Source: Eledone cirrhosa (lineage: Eukaryota). Taken from it: a DNA stretch of 64,000 nucleotides. The stretch is from assembly GCA_964016885.1 (NCBI GenBank), contig OZ024746.1:20212001-20276000 (forward strand), written 5' to 3'. Made by a program: the position numbers and the translations under genes. Positions 44,040 through 58,123 of this stretch are shown here, one piece after another (the stretch's first letter is position 1; each line of letters opens with the position of its first letter). The notes under the pieces are model-generated. The model made no database searches. It saw nothing but the letters and a program-made list of their open reading frames with translations, and was not told where the DNA came from.

Positions 44040-44040
<1 letters not shown>
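43400..44040 (+). mobile_element. Cluster of three SINE A copies (about 43400-43590, 43630-43810, and partial 43920-44035)
   Basis: Core repeated three times in the same orientation. Confidence 0.9.
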
Positions 44041-44100
<60 letters not shown>

Positions 44101-44337
44101 GGTAGCAGTAGTAATAGTAGTAGTAATATTAGTAGTAGTAGTTGTTGTTGTAGTAGTATATTAGTTTATGTCAATTGCCGTAACTACCTCTGGGATTTTT
44201 TTTAATCCACCAAGGACTCCTACGCACGGACAACCTTACAAAATCAATCTACGGTATTTAAAAGACAAAAATTGATTGATTCAACCAAATTTTCCATCCA
44301 GTTCTATTCCCTAGGTAAGCAGCATTATCTTATCTTT

Positions 44338-44684
44338 AGCTATCGTTGTCTTTTATTAACCTTTTACGTATACCAACCGATTGGCTGAGGCCATGCTGGG
44401 GCACAGCTATTGTCTTTTATTAACCTTTTACGTATACCAACCGATTGGCTGAGGCCATGCTGGGGCACAGCTATTGTTGTCTTTTATTAACCTTTTACGT
44501 ATACCAACCGATTGGCTGAGGCCATGCTGGGGCACAGCTATTGTTGTCTTTTATTAACCTTTTACGTATACCAACCGATTGGCTGAGGCCATGCTGGGGC
44601 ACAGCTATTGTTGTCTTTTATTAACCTTTTACGTATACCAACCGATTGGCTGAGGCCATGCTGGGGCACAGCTATTGTTGTCTT
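44338..44684. repeat. 67-bp tandem repeat, 5 copies
   Basis: Unit AGCTATTGTTGTCTTTTATTAACCTTTTACGTATACCAACCGATTGGCTGAGGCCATGCTGGGGCAC starts at 44338, 44405, 44469, 44536 and 44603; partial copy at 44670. Confidence 0.95.
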
Positions 44685-45313
44685 TCTTTCGTTTTATCTT
44701 TGTTTTCGTTTTGTTTTTTGTACTATTTCTGTTACGATTTTTTTTTTGTGGTGGGGGGGGGGCATTTTTTGTTTTATATTTCTTTATTTATATTTTGTTG
44801 TTTTCAGGAGGAGGTGGAAGAAAAAGAGGAGGAGGAAGAGAAGATGTCATTGTTTTGAGTTTTAAACATATTTATTTTATCGATTTTCGTTACTGATTTA
44901 TTTGATTTGTCTATTTATTTCATAATTTTGGTTCGCACTGCGGATTTGCATGAACTCATACATAGACACATACACATACATACATACACACACACACACA
45001 TACATAGACACATACATACATACATACATACATACATACATACATACATACATACACATACACACATACACACATACATACATACACATACACACATACA
45101 TACATGCATGCATGCATACATACACATACACACATACATACACATACATACACATACATACACACATACATACATACACATTCACACATACATACACATA
45201 CACAAACACACATATACACATACACAACACACATATACACATACACATGTACACATACACACGTATACACACATACACATGCACATGCACATACACACAC
45301 ATGCATATAATAC

Positions 45314-45403
<90 letters not shown>

Positions 45404-45535
45404 GTTATTCCGGGTTGAATCGGAGGTAACCACAGTAAGTAAGGTACTCAATGCATTGCAGAGTATAACAGTTTTAATATAGATGAGATTCTACAGGACT
45501 AGAACTGTTTCATTCATTAGAAATCATCAGGAATC

Positions 45536-45582
45536 ATTCCTGATGATTTCTAATGAATGAAACAGTTCTAGTCCTGTAGAAT
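45536..45582 (+). ncRNA. Type I hammerhead ribozyme, mirrored on the minus strand by the palindrome at 45470-45600
   Basis: ATTC-CTGATGA-T-TTC-TAAT-GAA-T-GAA-ACAG-TTCTAGTC-CTGT-A^-GAAT. Confidence 0.78.
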
Positions 45583-45596
45583 CTCATCTATATTAA

Positions 45597-45653
<57 letters not shown>

Positions 45654-45820
45654 TATATGAGAGTAAATGTTAATAAATTCTAGTTATATCAACTATAATC
45701 AGTACATTTGTCGTTTGCTTGAAGCAGTAAACAGTATATAATGTAGAAAATGATATTTTAAGGCTAGGACAATGCGAAATAGGCGGTAAAATAAATCAAC
45801 GCAAAAGTTTGTTACTTGAT

Positions 45821-45924
<104 letters not shown>

Positions 45925-45978
45925 GATATAGAGATATAGAGATATAGAGATATAGAGATAGATAGATAGATAGATATG

Positions 45979-46724
45979 TTTCTTTATTAGCCACAGGGGC
46001 ACAAAAGAAGGGGACAAATACAAAGGGGGAAGTTTACATACAATAAAAACGTGTAAAATGTTATCACAAATGCAATTTAAAAAGTTAGTCGATTTTCCCC
46101 AATAGGGGGAGACAGTTTATATGGGTAACACATACCCCCGAAAAAATGTGCAACCCTCATCTCCAGGAGTACGAAGAGTTTGTACTCCTTTCCTCTCCTC
46201 CTCCTTTTCCTCAACCTACAGGCTGATATAGAGAGAAGGCCCATTCACTCGGGCCATTCTCGCCACTTTCACCCACCTTTCATAAAACTTGCTGGGGTAC
46301 AGCACCTCGCTCTCCATCCTGATTCTTCTTCCAAAGTGGTAGATAGATAGATAGATAGATATATTTCTTTATTAGCCACAGGGGCACAAAAGAAGGGGAC
46401 AAATACAAAGGGGGAAGTTTACATACAATAAAAACGTGTAAAATGTTATCACAGATGGAATTTAAAAGTTAGTCGATTTTCCCCAATAGAGGGAGACAGT
46501 TTATATGGGTAACACAGACCCCCGAAAAAAATGTGCAACCCTCATCTCCAGGAGTACGAAGAGCTTGTACTCCTTTCCTCTCCTCCTCCTTTTCCTCAAC
46601 CTACAGGCTGATATAGAGAGAAGGCCCATTCACTCGGGCCATTCTCGCCACTTTCACCCACCTTTCATAAAACTTGCTGGGGTACAGCACCTCGCTCTCC
46701 ATCCTGATTCTTCTTCCAAAGTGG

Positions 46725-46770
<46 letters not shown>

Positions 46771-47150
46771 TATTTCTTTATTAGCCACAGGGGCACAAAA
46801 GAAGGGGACAAATACAAAGGGGGAAGTTTACATACAATAAAAACGTGTAAAATATTATCACAGATGGAATTTAAAAGTTAGTCGATTTTCCCCAATAGAG
46901 GGAGACAGTTTATATGGGTAACACATACCCCCGAAAAAATGTGCAACCCTCATCTCCAGGAGTACGAAGAGCTTGTACTCCTTTCCTCTCCTCCTCCTTT
47001 TCCTCAATCTACAGGCTGATATAGAGAGAAGGCCCATTCACTCGGGCCATTCTCGCCACTTTCACCCACCTTTCATAAATAGATAGATAGATAGATAGAT
47101 ATATAGATAGATATGTTTCTTTGTTAGTCACAGGGGCACAAAAGAAGGGG
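45979..47150 (-). mobile_element. Four stacked 5'-truncated 3' ends of one LINE (Tx1/L1-like), separated by (GATA)n
   Basis: Copies at 45979-46340, 46364-46725, 46773-47079 and 47116-47150 share one 3' end (minus strand AATAAAGAAA; AACAAAGAAA in copy 4). The minus-strand ORF ends HFGRRIRMESEVLYPSKFYERWVKVARMARVNGPSLYISL*. Confidence 0.7.
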
Positions 47151-47200
<50 letters not shown>

Positions 47201-48039
47201 AAGTTCTATGTAATTCTAAGTTTATACAACTGTTGTTCTATAATAATATGTGAAAAGGCTTAGTAAAAGAATTTATTCCATTTTTAATTCTGGTGTCCTT
47301 GGTCCTTGCACTGATCTCTTCTGCAAAACGGAAAGATGACGACCCGCTTGAGGAATGAGCCCTGTGGCTGTTGCAACGGGTGTCTCTGATCATTCTCCGC
47401 GGCAATGCCTTTGCCGTTTTGTCTGCCGGGTGCAGCTGAGGCACCGTTCAGAGTGGGGTGTAGTGTCTGTTAATTATCAGTATATCCACTGTCATCGTTA
47501 TGTATACAAACCATAATACAATTCTTGCCGCAGATCTTCATATTTACCCTGAATGATAAGAGTTATCCTGGCCGGTTAATAATCTATCATGCTGTTATAT
47601 AATACATGAGTAGAGGCGTGTGGTATAGTGGTAAGGTTGCTAGATCATAATGTCGTGAGTTCGATTCCTGGACTGGGTTATGTGCTGTGTGTGTTCTTGG
47701 GCAAAACACTTCATTTTTCGTTGCTCTCGTATACTCAGTTGAAAATGTGTACTAGCAATAGCTGGAGGTTTAACCCTGAAATGTACTGGTGTCCTGCCCA
47801 TGGGTGGGGGGGGGGGAGGTCTTGTACTCTCAGTCGCTTAACACCACGGAAACCAAGCCTGTTGAGCCTCCGGGCTCGAGACAGACTTTAGACTTTTAGA
47901 ATCCAGGAAACCTTAAATCCTTGCGGAGTCATGGGGGTGGGGGCGTCGTGACATATGGCGTATCTTAGGCATTTAATCATGGTAGTGAGGGGGGCATCAC
48001 TCCCCACGTTAAAACAAAGGAGAGAAAGAAGGGATGAAT

Positions 48040-48343
48040 CTACCCCATGGTTAGAATGTCTCAGAAAAGAATTGCTAGACAGATTTTACGGGCAAAACTA
48101 ACCAGCAGGAGACCCAGGGGTGACCTCGGGCAAGGCGGCTGGATAAAATCCATGAACAAGGCAGATCTTGCTTGGGGATCCAGCCAGATCAATTGGAGAC
48201 GGTTGCTTCTGACAATAGGACTCGCTGGAAGGGGTGTTTGGGGACTCTGCCCCCTCTTCCCACGAGACTCCCAGGAAGAAGAAGAAGAAGAAGAAGAAGA
48301 AGAAGAAGAAGAAGAAGAAGAAGAAGAAGAAGAAGAAGAAGAA
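48040..48343 (+). mobile_element. RTE-clade LINE 3' end with a (GAA)n tail
   Basis: VRMSQKRIARQILRAKLTSRRPRG..; same family as 2230-2685. Confidence 0.78.
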
Positions 48344-49097
48344 TGTAACAACCTTGGAAGGGGGCCATTGATATCAAATCTTTTGAAAGACTCGGTATTT
48401 AGATGTAGAAGAATAAAATTGTAAAATGCTAATAACCTTCAAAGCAAAGTAAAATTTGAACTCCGAGAGTAGAGAGCTGAAACAAACAACGTAAAGCAAT
48501 GTATCCAACGTTCTAACAACTCTGCCAATTTGCCGCTTATGTGTCATAAAATAAGTTGAAATAATAATTTTTTTTCGAAAATTAATAATCAATAATATTT
48601 GTTGGATGTTATAACAGATATATAGGGCTTTATAGATATATTGGACTTTTTAATGTTTTAGTTGGGTTTTTGTAGATAAGTTGTATTATATTTAAACATT
48701 TAAGTTATGGAAATATTAAGTTTTGAATTCTTCGAGGACATTCTAGAGATCTTATACACATACATACTCACACATATACGTACACATATACGTACACATA
48801 TACACATACACACATACACACTCACACATAAATACACATCGATATACACACACATACACACACATACATGCTCAAATAGATACACAGATAAAACATACAT
48901 AGACACACATATACGTACACATACACACATATACGCTCACACATAAATACACATTGATACACACACACATACACACATACACACACATGCTCTCACAGAT
49001 ACACAGACACATACACACACATACGCATACATAAACACACATAAACCATAATAATATCTACATTAAATTTATCTTAAATCTGTGTTCTAACATAAAT

Positions 49098-49135
<38 letters not shown>

Positions 49136-49513
49136 TCCATGTGTGTGTGTGTTCATGTATGTGTGTATGTGTGTGTATATTACGCAGCTGATACCAGCTG
49201 GGTACAATAAATATATTTATTCTACAATATATTTTGGGTACTTTGTCACCGATTTGTGAAACAAAATATGTAAGTGTATATGCGTATGCATATACGTATG
49301 TGTATATATATATGTATGTACATGTATGTATGTATGTATGTATGTATGTATGTATGTATACACACACACACACATCACTAAAACTGTTTCATTCGTAAGA
49401 AACCATCAAGGAAGTCCTATAATAAATATAATAAAATAAATATGCCTACACTAACGTATTGAGTACCTTGTTTAACTGTGGTCACCTCATGATATTCATC
49501 GGGAATCCACCTA

Positions 49514-49558
<45 letters not shown>

Positions 49559-49758
49559 GTTGTTAAACAATATTCAATGATTATGTCAAAGAATGAGTTT
49601 TACAGTAGATTGGAAGCACTCAACGGAAAAATTTTCAGGAGTTATTAATATTAAAATATAAGTATTAATAAAATAGATGTTCTTTTGATCAATTACATTT
49701 TTTAAATCTACCTGGTTTAAATCTTAACCATATAACATCTCAGGGTATGTCATGTATC

Positions 49759-49821
49759 ATTATATTTTGTCTGATGAGGACGTACTGTTGTACATCCGAA
49801 ATATGAATAATAAAATGTAAT
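49759..49821 (+). ncRNA. Type I hammerhead ribozyme
   Basis: ATTATATTTTGT-CTGATGA-GGACGTAC-TGTT-GTACATCC-GAAAT-ATGA-ATA^-ATAAAATGTAAT: 12-bp stem I (2 GU) and 8-bp stem II (1 mismatch). About 55 bp at 49647-49700 is an inverted copy of 49812-49865. Confidence 0.8.
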
Positions 49822-49856
49822 TGAGCAAAAGAACATCTATTTTATTAATACTTATA

Positions 49857-49931
<75 letters not shown>

Positions 49932-49983
49932 ATGTACATACATACATACATATATATATATATGTATGTATGTATGTATGTAT

Positions 49984-50037
<54 letters not shown>

Positions 50038-50078
50038 ATGTATGTGTGTGTGTATGTATATGTATGTATGTATGTATG

Positions 50079-50113
<35 letters not shown>

Positions 50114-50983
50114 GTGTGTATGCATGTATGTTTGTACGTATGTATGCGTGTATGTTTGTGTGTATGTATGTTTGTATTTATGTAAGTATGTATATGGAAA
50201 GAGAGGGAGAGAGTGAAATTCCTAGTATAAAAACGATGCTTAGTAGCAAAGCATTGACCGTTCTGTGTGAGAGCAGAGCTGCCTGTTAACAAAACAACAA
50301 TATTATTACAGCATGCTATAGGCAAAATATAGTTGCTGAACGTGTGTCCAATTCTGAACATCTACTGGCTGTTTAGAAATATATTGCACTTAACTGGTTT
50401 GATGTCAAAAAAATAAATCGTAACAATCCAATATGGGAAAGAAAATAAGAAAATACAGTTGATCCTATTGCCTATTGCTAAAATTTTAAATTACGTAAAA
50501 TACTTCCATTCTAAAGATCGATAAAAAAAAGAAGTTATTTTCAGAGAAGACTAACCGCCGCCCCACCCACAAAAATATACCGTGTCGTACTACTAGCTTA
50601 GTCATATCTCGGTGGAGACCGGCTTATTGGTTAGTACCGTTAATCAGAAAATACTAGAAACGTAAAATTTATGGAAGTATATATTTCTCATACGAATATA
50701 ATTAACCTGGATGAATAGGGTTTTATCTTCGTTTCTATATTGCAAGGTGAGTCAGAATTTGTCACTTTAAATATAGATTATCTTCTAGTATAGATTATTT
50801 CACAGCAAATGGAATATTGGTAAATTTTAAAGGTTTTCGAAAGGTTAAAGATATCAAACAAGAAGACAAATATTTGTGGTGGTGTAGGAGGCTGTGTTTG
50901 TATGTGTACGTTTCCAAATGTTTTATATATAATATGTATATATATATATATATATATACATATATAAATATATATATATATAC

Positions 50984-51123
<140 letters not shown>

Positions 51124-51130
51124 ATATATA

Positions 51131-51167
<37 letters not shown>

Positions 51168-51180
51168 TATATATATATAA

Positions 51181-51288
<108 letters not shown>

Positions 51289-51362
51289 TAAATATATATA
51301 TATATATATATATTAAATATATATATATATATATTAAATATATATATATATATATATATTAA

Positions 51363-51395
<33 letters not shown>

Positions 51396-51482
51396 TATAT
51401 ACATATATATATTTATATATATATATACAATCGTGTGTGCGTTAGTTTGAGTGCAAATGTATGTATATATGTATATATTAGA

Positions 51483-51545
<63 letters not shown>

Positions 51546-51637
51546 GATAGACATACATTTATTTATATATGTATATACATATATATATATGTGCATGTGT
51601 ATGTATGTATGATTGTATGTACGTATGTATGTGTGTG

Positions 51638-51670
<33 letters not shown>

Positions 51671-51743
51671 GCGTATATGTCCATATATGCGTACTCTTTT
51701 ACCTGTTCCAGCCATCCAGCTGAGGCCATGCTGGAGCACCGCC

Positions 51744-51795
<52 letters not shown>

Positions 51796-51831
51796 TTATG
51801 TGTGTGTGTATATATATATATATAGAGAGAG

Positions 51832-51872
<41 letters not shown>

Positions 51873-51963
51873 AGGGAGAGAGAGAGAGAGATTTATAGAT
51901 CCGTGGACTTACATGTGTGTGTGTGAACTGTTTTCATTGTTCAGCCTTATATGCCTTTTATAT

Positions 51964-52005
<42 letters not shown>

Positions 52006-52268
52006 ACACATCTACAGACCGCCAAATGTTTCATTTAACTTTTTAACAGGATTTCTTCCTTTCCTCCTCGGGAAATCATTCGTTCATTCGTTCATGAATG
52101 AATTATTTTCCGATGGCGTTCGAATCGGTATGGCTGTTGGCATAACTCGTGTTTCGTTAGTTTGTGTATTTGTTAACACGGGGAATCCAATCATCAGTCA
52201 GTGGGAACATTTTCAATACCCCTTTGGTCACGAATGACCAAAGGATTTGCACGTAGAAAGTTTCCCCG

Positions 52269-52407
<139 letters not shown>

Positions 52408-52408
52408 T

Positions 52409-52614
52409 ATATTGTTATACTTGGGGAGGGTCATATTGTTGTGTAATAATATTGCCAGAAATAATAACGGAACACACTCACTGTTGTGAGTGTGTTCCGT
52501 TATTATTTCTGGCAATGTTATTACAATATGACCCTCCCCAAGTATAACAATATTTGTTTCGACACACGACACGATTTCATATCAAAAACCTTGCAAAACT
52601 AATTCATCGACGTC

Positions 52615-52669
<55 letters not shown>

Positions 52670-52690
52670 ATACTTTGGGAGGGTCATGTT
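52409..52690. mobile_element. Family T fold-back copy plus a short third fragment, in (TA)n
   Basis: 52409-52553 is a near-perfect hairpin centred on TGTT at about 52482-52485. Confidence 0.8.
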
Positions 52691-52952
52691 GCCAATAAGA
52701 AACACACGCACCAGTTGCTTTCACTTCAATTTAATTTATTAAATATTTATAAATTTACAAATTTCTGGTTGGTTGGTTGGTTCCACAACCAGATAGTTGT
52801 TTATATATATATAGTCATAGTTCTTTCGTCACACACTCTGTGACCTCTTCAGTGACTGGGGATTTCGTTCTTCGTTTCTGTGTCTTTCCTTTCTTCTATC
52901 CTACGCCATTTTTGAAACGATATATATATATTATATATATATAATTCAGAAA

Positions 52953-53006
<54 letters not shown>

Positions 53007-53569
53007 TAAAAGGGGTAAAACCTCCTTCGGTCACGAATGACCATGAGATTTGCTCCTAGAAAGTTCCCCTCCGCGGTATCAAGTCTGTGCAAGCTTTTTT
53101 ATTGGAAGGCCAGCAGTCTCCCATGCTGTCTAAGGGAAAAACCGATACAGCTTGGCACCGATGGCCTCGCAACATACACTATATATACACTTTATACTCT
53201 CTATATATATATATATATTATATATACAATATATATAATATATATATATATTATATTTACACTATATATGTTGTCCAAGGGAAAAGCAAAGCCGATACAG
53301 CTTAGTACTAGTCACATTGCAACTCATTTCTACAGCTCAGTGAACTGGAGTAACGTGAAATAAAGTGTCTTATTCAAGGACAAAACATCATCCGATCCGG
53401 GAATCGAACTCACAACCCGACGATTGTAAGCCAAGCGCTCTAACCACTAAGCCACGCGCCTTCACATATTTCTGTAATACATTACATTTGTGAAGTAAAT
53501 ATCAATAAAATTTAAAGATATATTTTGCAGCAGATAGTTGTTTACCATTTTAAATACTCCATGCTGTTC

Positions 53570-54005
53570 CTTTTATTAAACAGTCCCTGGTGTTCCCCTA
53601 AACAAATGTTCTTAACGGTTTCCTTATTAAACGTTCTTCGTTGCTTGACACTGCTACATTGTGAGTGGAAAGAAATTACCTATTGAAAATTACTTATAAC
53701 TTTTGACCTACGGCGACCACTTGGGACCTAATGTTCAAGCAAGATGTGGTCCCACCTCATTTTGCACGCACAGTCCGTGAGTAGCTTGATGTCCAATTTC
53801 CAAGATGTTGGCTGGGTCATCGAAGCCCAACAAGAAGCCTTGACTTAACGCCATGCGATTTTTTTCCTGTTTTGTGGGCGAAGGAAGAAGTTTATAACTC
53901 AAAACCAAAAACTCTGACTCAGTTGAAAGAACGCATTCGTCATGTACTGACCAACAAACCACCTGAGTTTCTGATGTGTGCATGTGTGTGTATTTGTGTG
54001 TGTTG
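53570..54005 (+). mobile_element. Degenerate Tc1/mariner fragment (same family as 4610-5192)
   Basis: FKQDVVPPH..LTPCDFF..WAKEEVYNSKPKTLTQLKERI across broken frames. Confidence 0.72.
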
Positions 54006-54299
54006 TACCAGTAATGCACTGGGGGTCAATTTAGCAGACTTTCCGCTCCCCCAAATTGCTGGCCTTGTGTCTAAATCAGAAGCCATTACTAGACAGGAGA
54101 GGAATATGTTTTTGTTCCACGTCTATATTTTACAGCAGTACTCTGCCTAATAAATGAAACTACGACAATATTCTTGTATAAAATTTGGAGAGGAACTAGC
54201 CCTGATGTAAATGTAATGTATCCAAACGGACTAGTGCGCATAAGATATATTTTAAATCCAGAAATCGAATTAGAATACATAAGAATGCATAACTAAATC

Positions 54300-54474
54300 C
54301 AGGGCTGGATTTATCGGGGCGAAGGATGAGGAAGGAGTGGGGGGGTGATTTGGGCACCCTTTGTCAAACAGAACTCCCTCTAGGAACAGTCCTGCCCTCC
54401 CACTCCAAAAACAAATCTGAACTGCCCCGGGTCCCACAACCCTGAACTGCTCCCAAGATCTAAATATGGCCTTG
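54300..54474. mobile_element. hAT-type MITE
   Basis: ACTAAATC|CAGGGCTGGATTTA ... TAAATATGGCCTTG|ACTAAAAC: degenerate TIRs and an 8-bp TSD with one mismatch. Confidence 0.65.
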
Positions 54475-55123
54475 ACTAAAACACAAACAAACAACAACAA
54501 TAAACTTTGACCATGTAAACCACGAAGACAGATGTGCAAAATTAACAAAGTAAATAAGTTTCTGGTTTAAGCACAAGGCCAAACACTTTGGGGAGAGGGG
54601 AAAGTCGATTAAATCGACCCCCAGTGCATTACTGTTACTTTATTTTATCGACCCCGTAAGAATAAGAATAAAAAGCAAAGCTAACCTTGGCTGGATTTGA
54701 AATCAGAACGTAAAGGGCCGTAACTCTATGCCACGAAGCATGTTCAAAAATTAAACCCTTGTAAGATACTGCACGTCAAAAACTGAAACTTCACAACACA
54801 AACAAAAATATGATTAAAAAGAAAGAAAAGGAAGATTTAAGAATAAGAAATTCTATTGATGGAAACCTACATGATAACAATGTAGAGGTGAAAATAATTA
54901 AAGAACTAAAATCAATAGATTTCCCAGTGAAATATCTATTGATTATAATTCTTTAATTATCCCACTAATGACGAAACTCAATGATGAAATAACAACAGTA
55001 ATTAAAATACCCCAAACCTTGCCACCCTAGACTTAATTAAAATAGTCACGTACGTAAATATCACAAAGCTAAACAAAATAATATATACAGCAACCAAAAA
55101 AAGTAGGTATTCCCTCAGATCTA

Positions 55124-55317
55124 CGAGGACCGGCTGAAAAGTTCATAGACTGACCAAGCTACTCTCATGGAATGACCAAACGTGGTTTATTTTTCAACAC
55201 AGTCCCTTGAAAGAAACAAGTTATTATTTAGAAGAGTTGAAATTAATGCATGCAAAATTTCACAGCTCTACCATCACTCCTTCATAGTCAGCCTATGAAC
55301 TTTTCAACCTACTCTCG
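55124..55317. mobile_element. mariner-type MITE
   Basis: TA|CGAGGACCGGCTGAAAAGTTCATAGACTGAC ... GTCAGCCTATGAACTTTTCAACCTACTCTCG|TA. Confidence 0.75.
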
Positions 55318-55359
55318 TACTCTGATATGAATATCAAAACTCAAGCTAACGTTTCTAAC

Positions 55360-55790
55360 TGATCCAGCAGGATCCCCAAGCGATACCTACCGAGCTCATA
55401 GATGTTATCCAACTATCTTACCAGGAATCTAACCCTGGGTCTCCTGCCGTTTGGTTTTGCCCGTAAAATCTGTCCCGCGATTCTTTCCTGGGACATTCTA
55501 ACCACATGCCCGTAGTATCGGAGCTGTCACCTTTCACTTCGGAGAGGTAGCGGCTCTACCTGGAGTGACACTCTGATCTCCGAGCTACGCACTCTATCGT
55601 GTAACGTTACCCCAAAGACCCTTCGGAGGAACCCCATTTCGGCCGCTTGTTTCGCGATCGTATTCTTTTGGTAATTACACAAAATTTATGACCATAGGCA
55701 AGAGTTGGCTTTTACACCTACCGCCCTTCTTCTGATTACCGAATGCTGAAGCTGGCGCATTACTGCACCAGCTCCTGCGAACATATTTTA
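55360..55790 (-). mobile_element. RTE-clade LINE fragment
   Basis: Diverged homologue of 2320-2685 (TTTTGCCCGTAAAATCTGTCC, CCCGTAGTATCGGAGCTGT). Confidence 0.78.
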
Positions 55791-56244
55791 TCAAAATCGA
55801 TGTAAAAATAAAATAGAAATCAATAATAGAGCTTTGACAGCAACAGAAGTATAATAATTTAGGTTTAGAGTATAGAGAACGAACGAATCAGCAAGAAATG
55901 TTCATATTAATCACTACATCTTAGAAGTTAAGACATCCTAAGGAACCTCTCTTCTTTATTACAGTTACTTAGGTCGTTTACACTACGTAAAGCTTCCCTG
56001 TGTGAAATATATTCAGCTGCGTTAAAAGATAAATACACAGACTGGTTGTTGTATTTATATCACTTAAACATTTCTAAGTGGTTTGGCTAGAGTTTTCTAT
56101 AAAATAAAATAAAAATACTCAACTATTGATCCTGTGTTTCTAATCCTTTTGATAATCAACTAAAACTAACAATGCAATTCATCTTGCCTTTAATATAACA
56201 AATCTTGTAGTCGGAATTCTGGACTGACTTTGTTAATATAAAAA

Positions 56245-56695
56245 TAATTGTTTCTACTTTAGGCACAAGGCCAACAATTTGAAGTGGAGGGGAAAGACGA
56301 TTAAATCGACCCCAGTGCATTACTGGTGTTTTATTTTATCGACCCCATAAGGATGAAAGGCAAAGCTAACCTCGGCGGGATTTGAACTCGGTACCTAAAG
56401 GGCCATAAATCTATGCCACTAAGCATTGTGCCCGACGCTCTACCGATACTGCCAATCTACCACCCTCGATATCCAATAATAATTGTTTCTACTTTAGGCA
56501 CAAGGCCAACAATTTAGGGGAGGGGAAAGTCGATTAAATCGACCCCAGTGCATTACTGGTGCTTTATTTTATCTACCCCGTAAGGATGAAAGGCAAAGCT
56601 AACCTCGGCGAGATTTGAATTCAGAATGTAAAGGGACATAACTCTATGCCACAAAGCATGGTGTCTGACGCTCTACCGATATTGCCAATCCACCA
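56245..56695 (-). mobile_element. Two tandem SINE A copies (long form)
   Basis: Core and head each present twice. Confidence 0.9.
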
Positions 56696-57384
56696 ATAAT
56701 AAAAGAATAGAAGTTAATATCGACATAATTTATGTACTAAATTTCGTAGCTGTTCATTAAACATAAATATTCTCATATATAATGATTGCTTATTTTAAGA
56801 TTCACTTCTTTAAAAACTTTCAAATGTCAATACTTCCGGTTATGATATAACGGACGTTATATTATATCGTTTATATAAACGTCCATATATTTGCATCGTT
56901 ATGTCATAATGTTTATATTGCGTATAATATCAATATGCACACTACACATGCTAGCAGAAAACCATCCAAAGGATGGTTTTTCTGCTAGTAATAATAATAA
57001 CTTCTTACATTGCAACAAGATAACAAATTTTAGAAAATGCTATTCTCCATTATGTGGCGACGAATTTCCAGAATCGTTAAAACGCCGGATAGCATGCTTT
57101 GCAGCGGTATTCGTTCCAACTCTCAGCTTTATGAGGTCAAATCTCGCCGAGGTGAAATCTCGCCGAGGTCAACTTTGCCTTTAATCATTTCGTAATCGAG
57201 ATAGAGAATACAAAACTACTACTTCTAATATCTCTTTTTTTTTTATTTCATTTTCCAGTGGGAACCAAACGGACAAAATGAAATTGAAGATAGCAAAAAT
57301 ACTTTAAACCCTAAATCTTACCTGAACCGTGGTTGTGAAAAAAATAAAACGACAAACAGGCTACTGCAAAAATACTGAGAAGAT

Positions 57385-57864
57385 ATGGGATCCGTCATTA
57401 GTAAAAATGGTTTTTCAGCCTTGAGTTCCCATGCTAATAAACTAGACTCCAGGGAACCGTTGAACGAATCCAAATCTGATATGAAATCTAATAATTCAGA
57501 AAATGAAGTTGTTTCTAGTAGTAATTGGGACTATGGAGCCTGTTTTACGTCATGGTCAGATGACGTCACCTATAAATATTTAGATGACATTCTATGTGAG
57601 GATTTAGACTATAATATTATGCCGGGATTTAATAAATATTCGGAAACAGACGCAGACATCTGTCCCGATATTCAAGATAGTTGTGAAAATACTTCGTCCA
57701 GTTCTGCATCGGAGAAAGAAAAAATAAAACCTTCATCAGATCCAACGAATTCATGCACAGATGAACATCGAAGAGACTCTGAAGATAATTCATTTTTAGA
57801 CCTTGAAAATCAAATTCTCCAAGAGTATAACGATGCCAAAGGAACACGGCCATTACTTTCAGAG
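57385..57864 (+). CDS. Candidate first coding exon of an unidentified host gene (acidic/Ser-rich N-terminus; exon 57259-57864)
   Basis: Polypyrimidine tract plus CAG acceptor ending at 57258. In-frame TGA at 57376, then ATG at 57385. 160 non-repetitive codons to GAG|GTAAAT (phase-0 donor at 57865). No recognisable domain. Confidence 0.5.
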
Positions 57865-57924
57865 GTAAATATCACTGAACTGATTTTAAAAGTTTTATGT
57901 GTATATATATATATATATATATAT

Positions 57925-58123
<199 letters not shown>

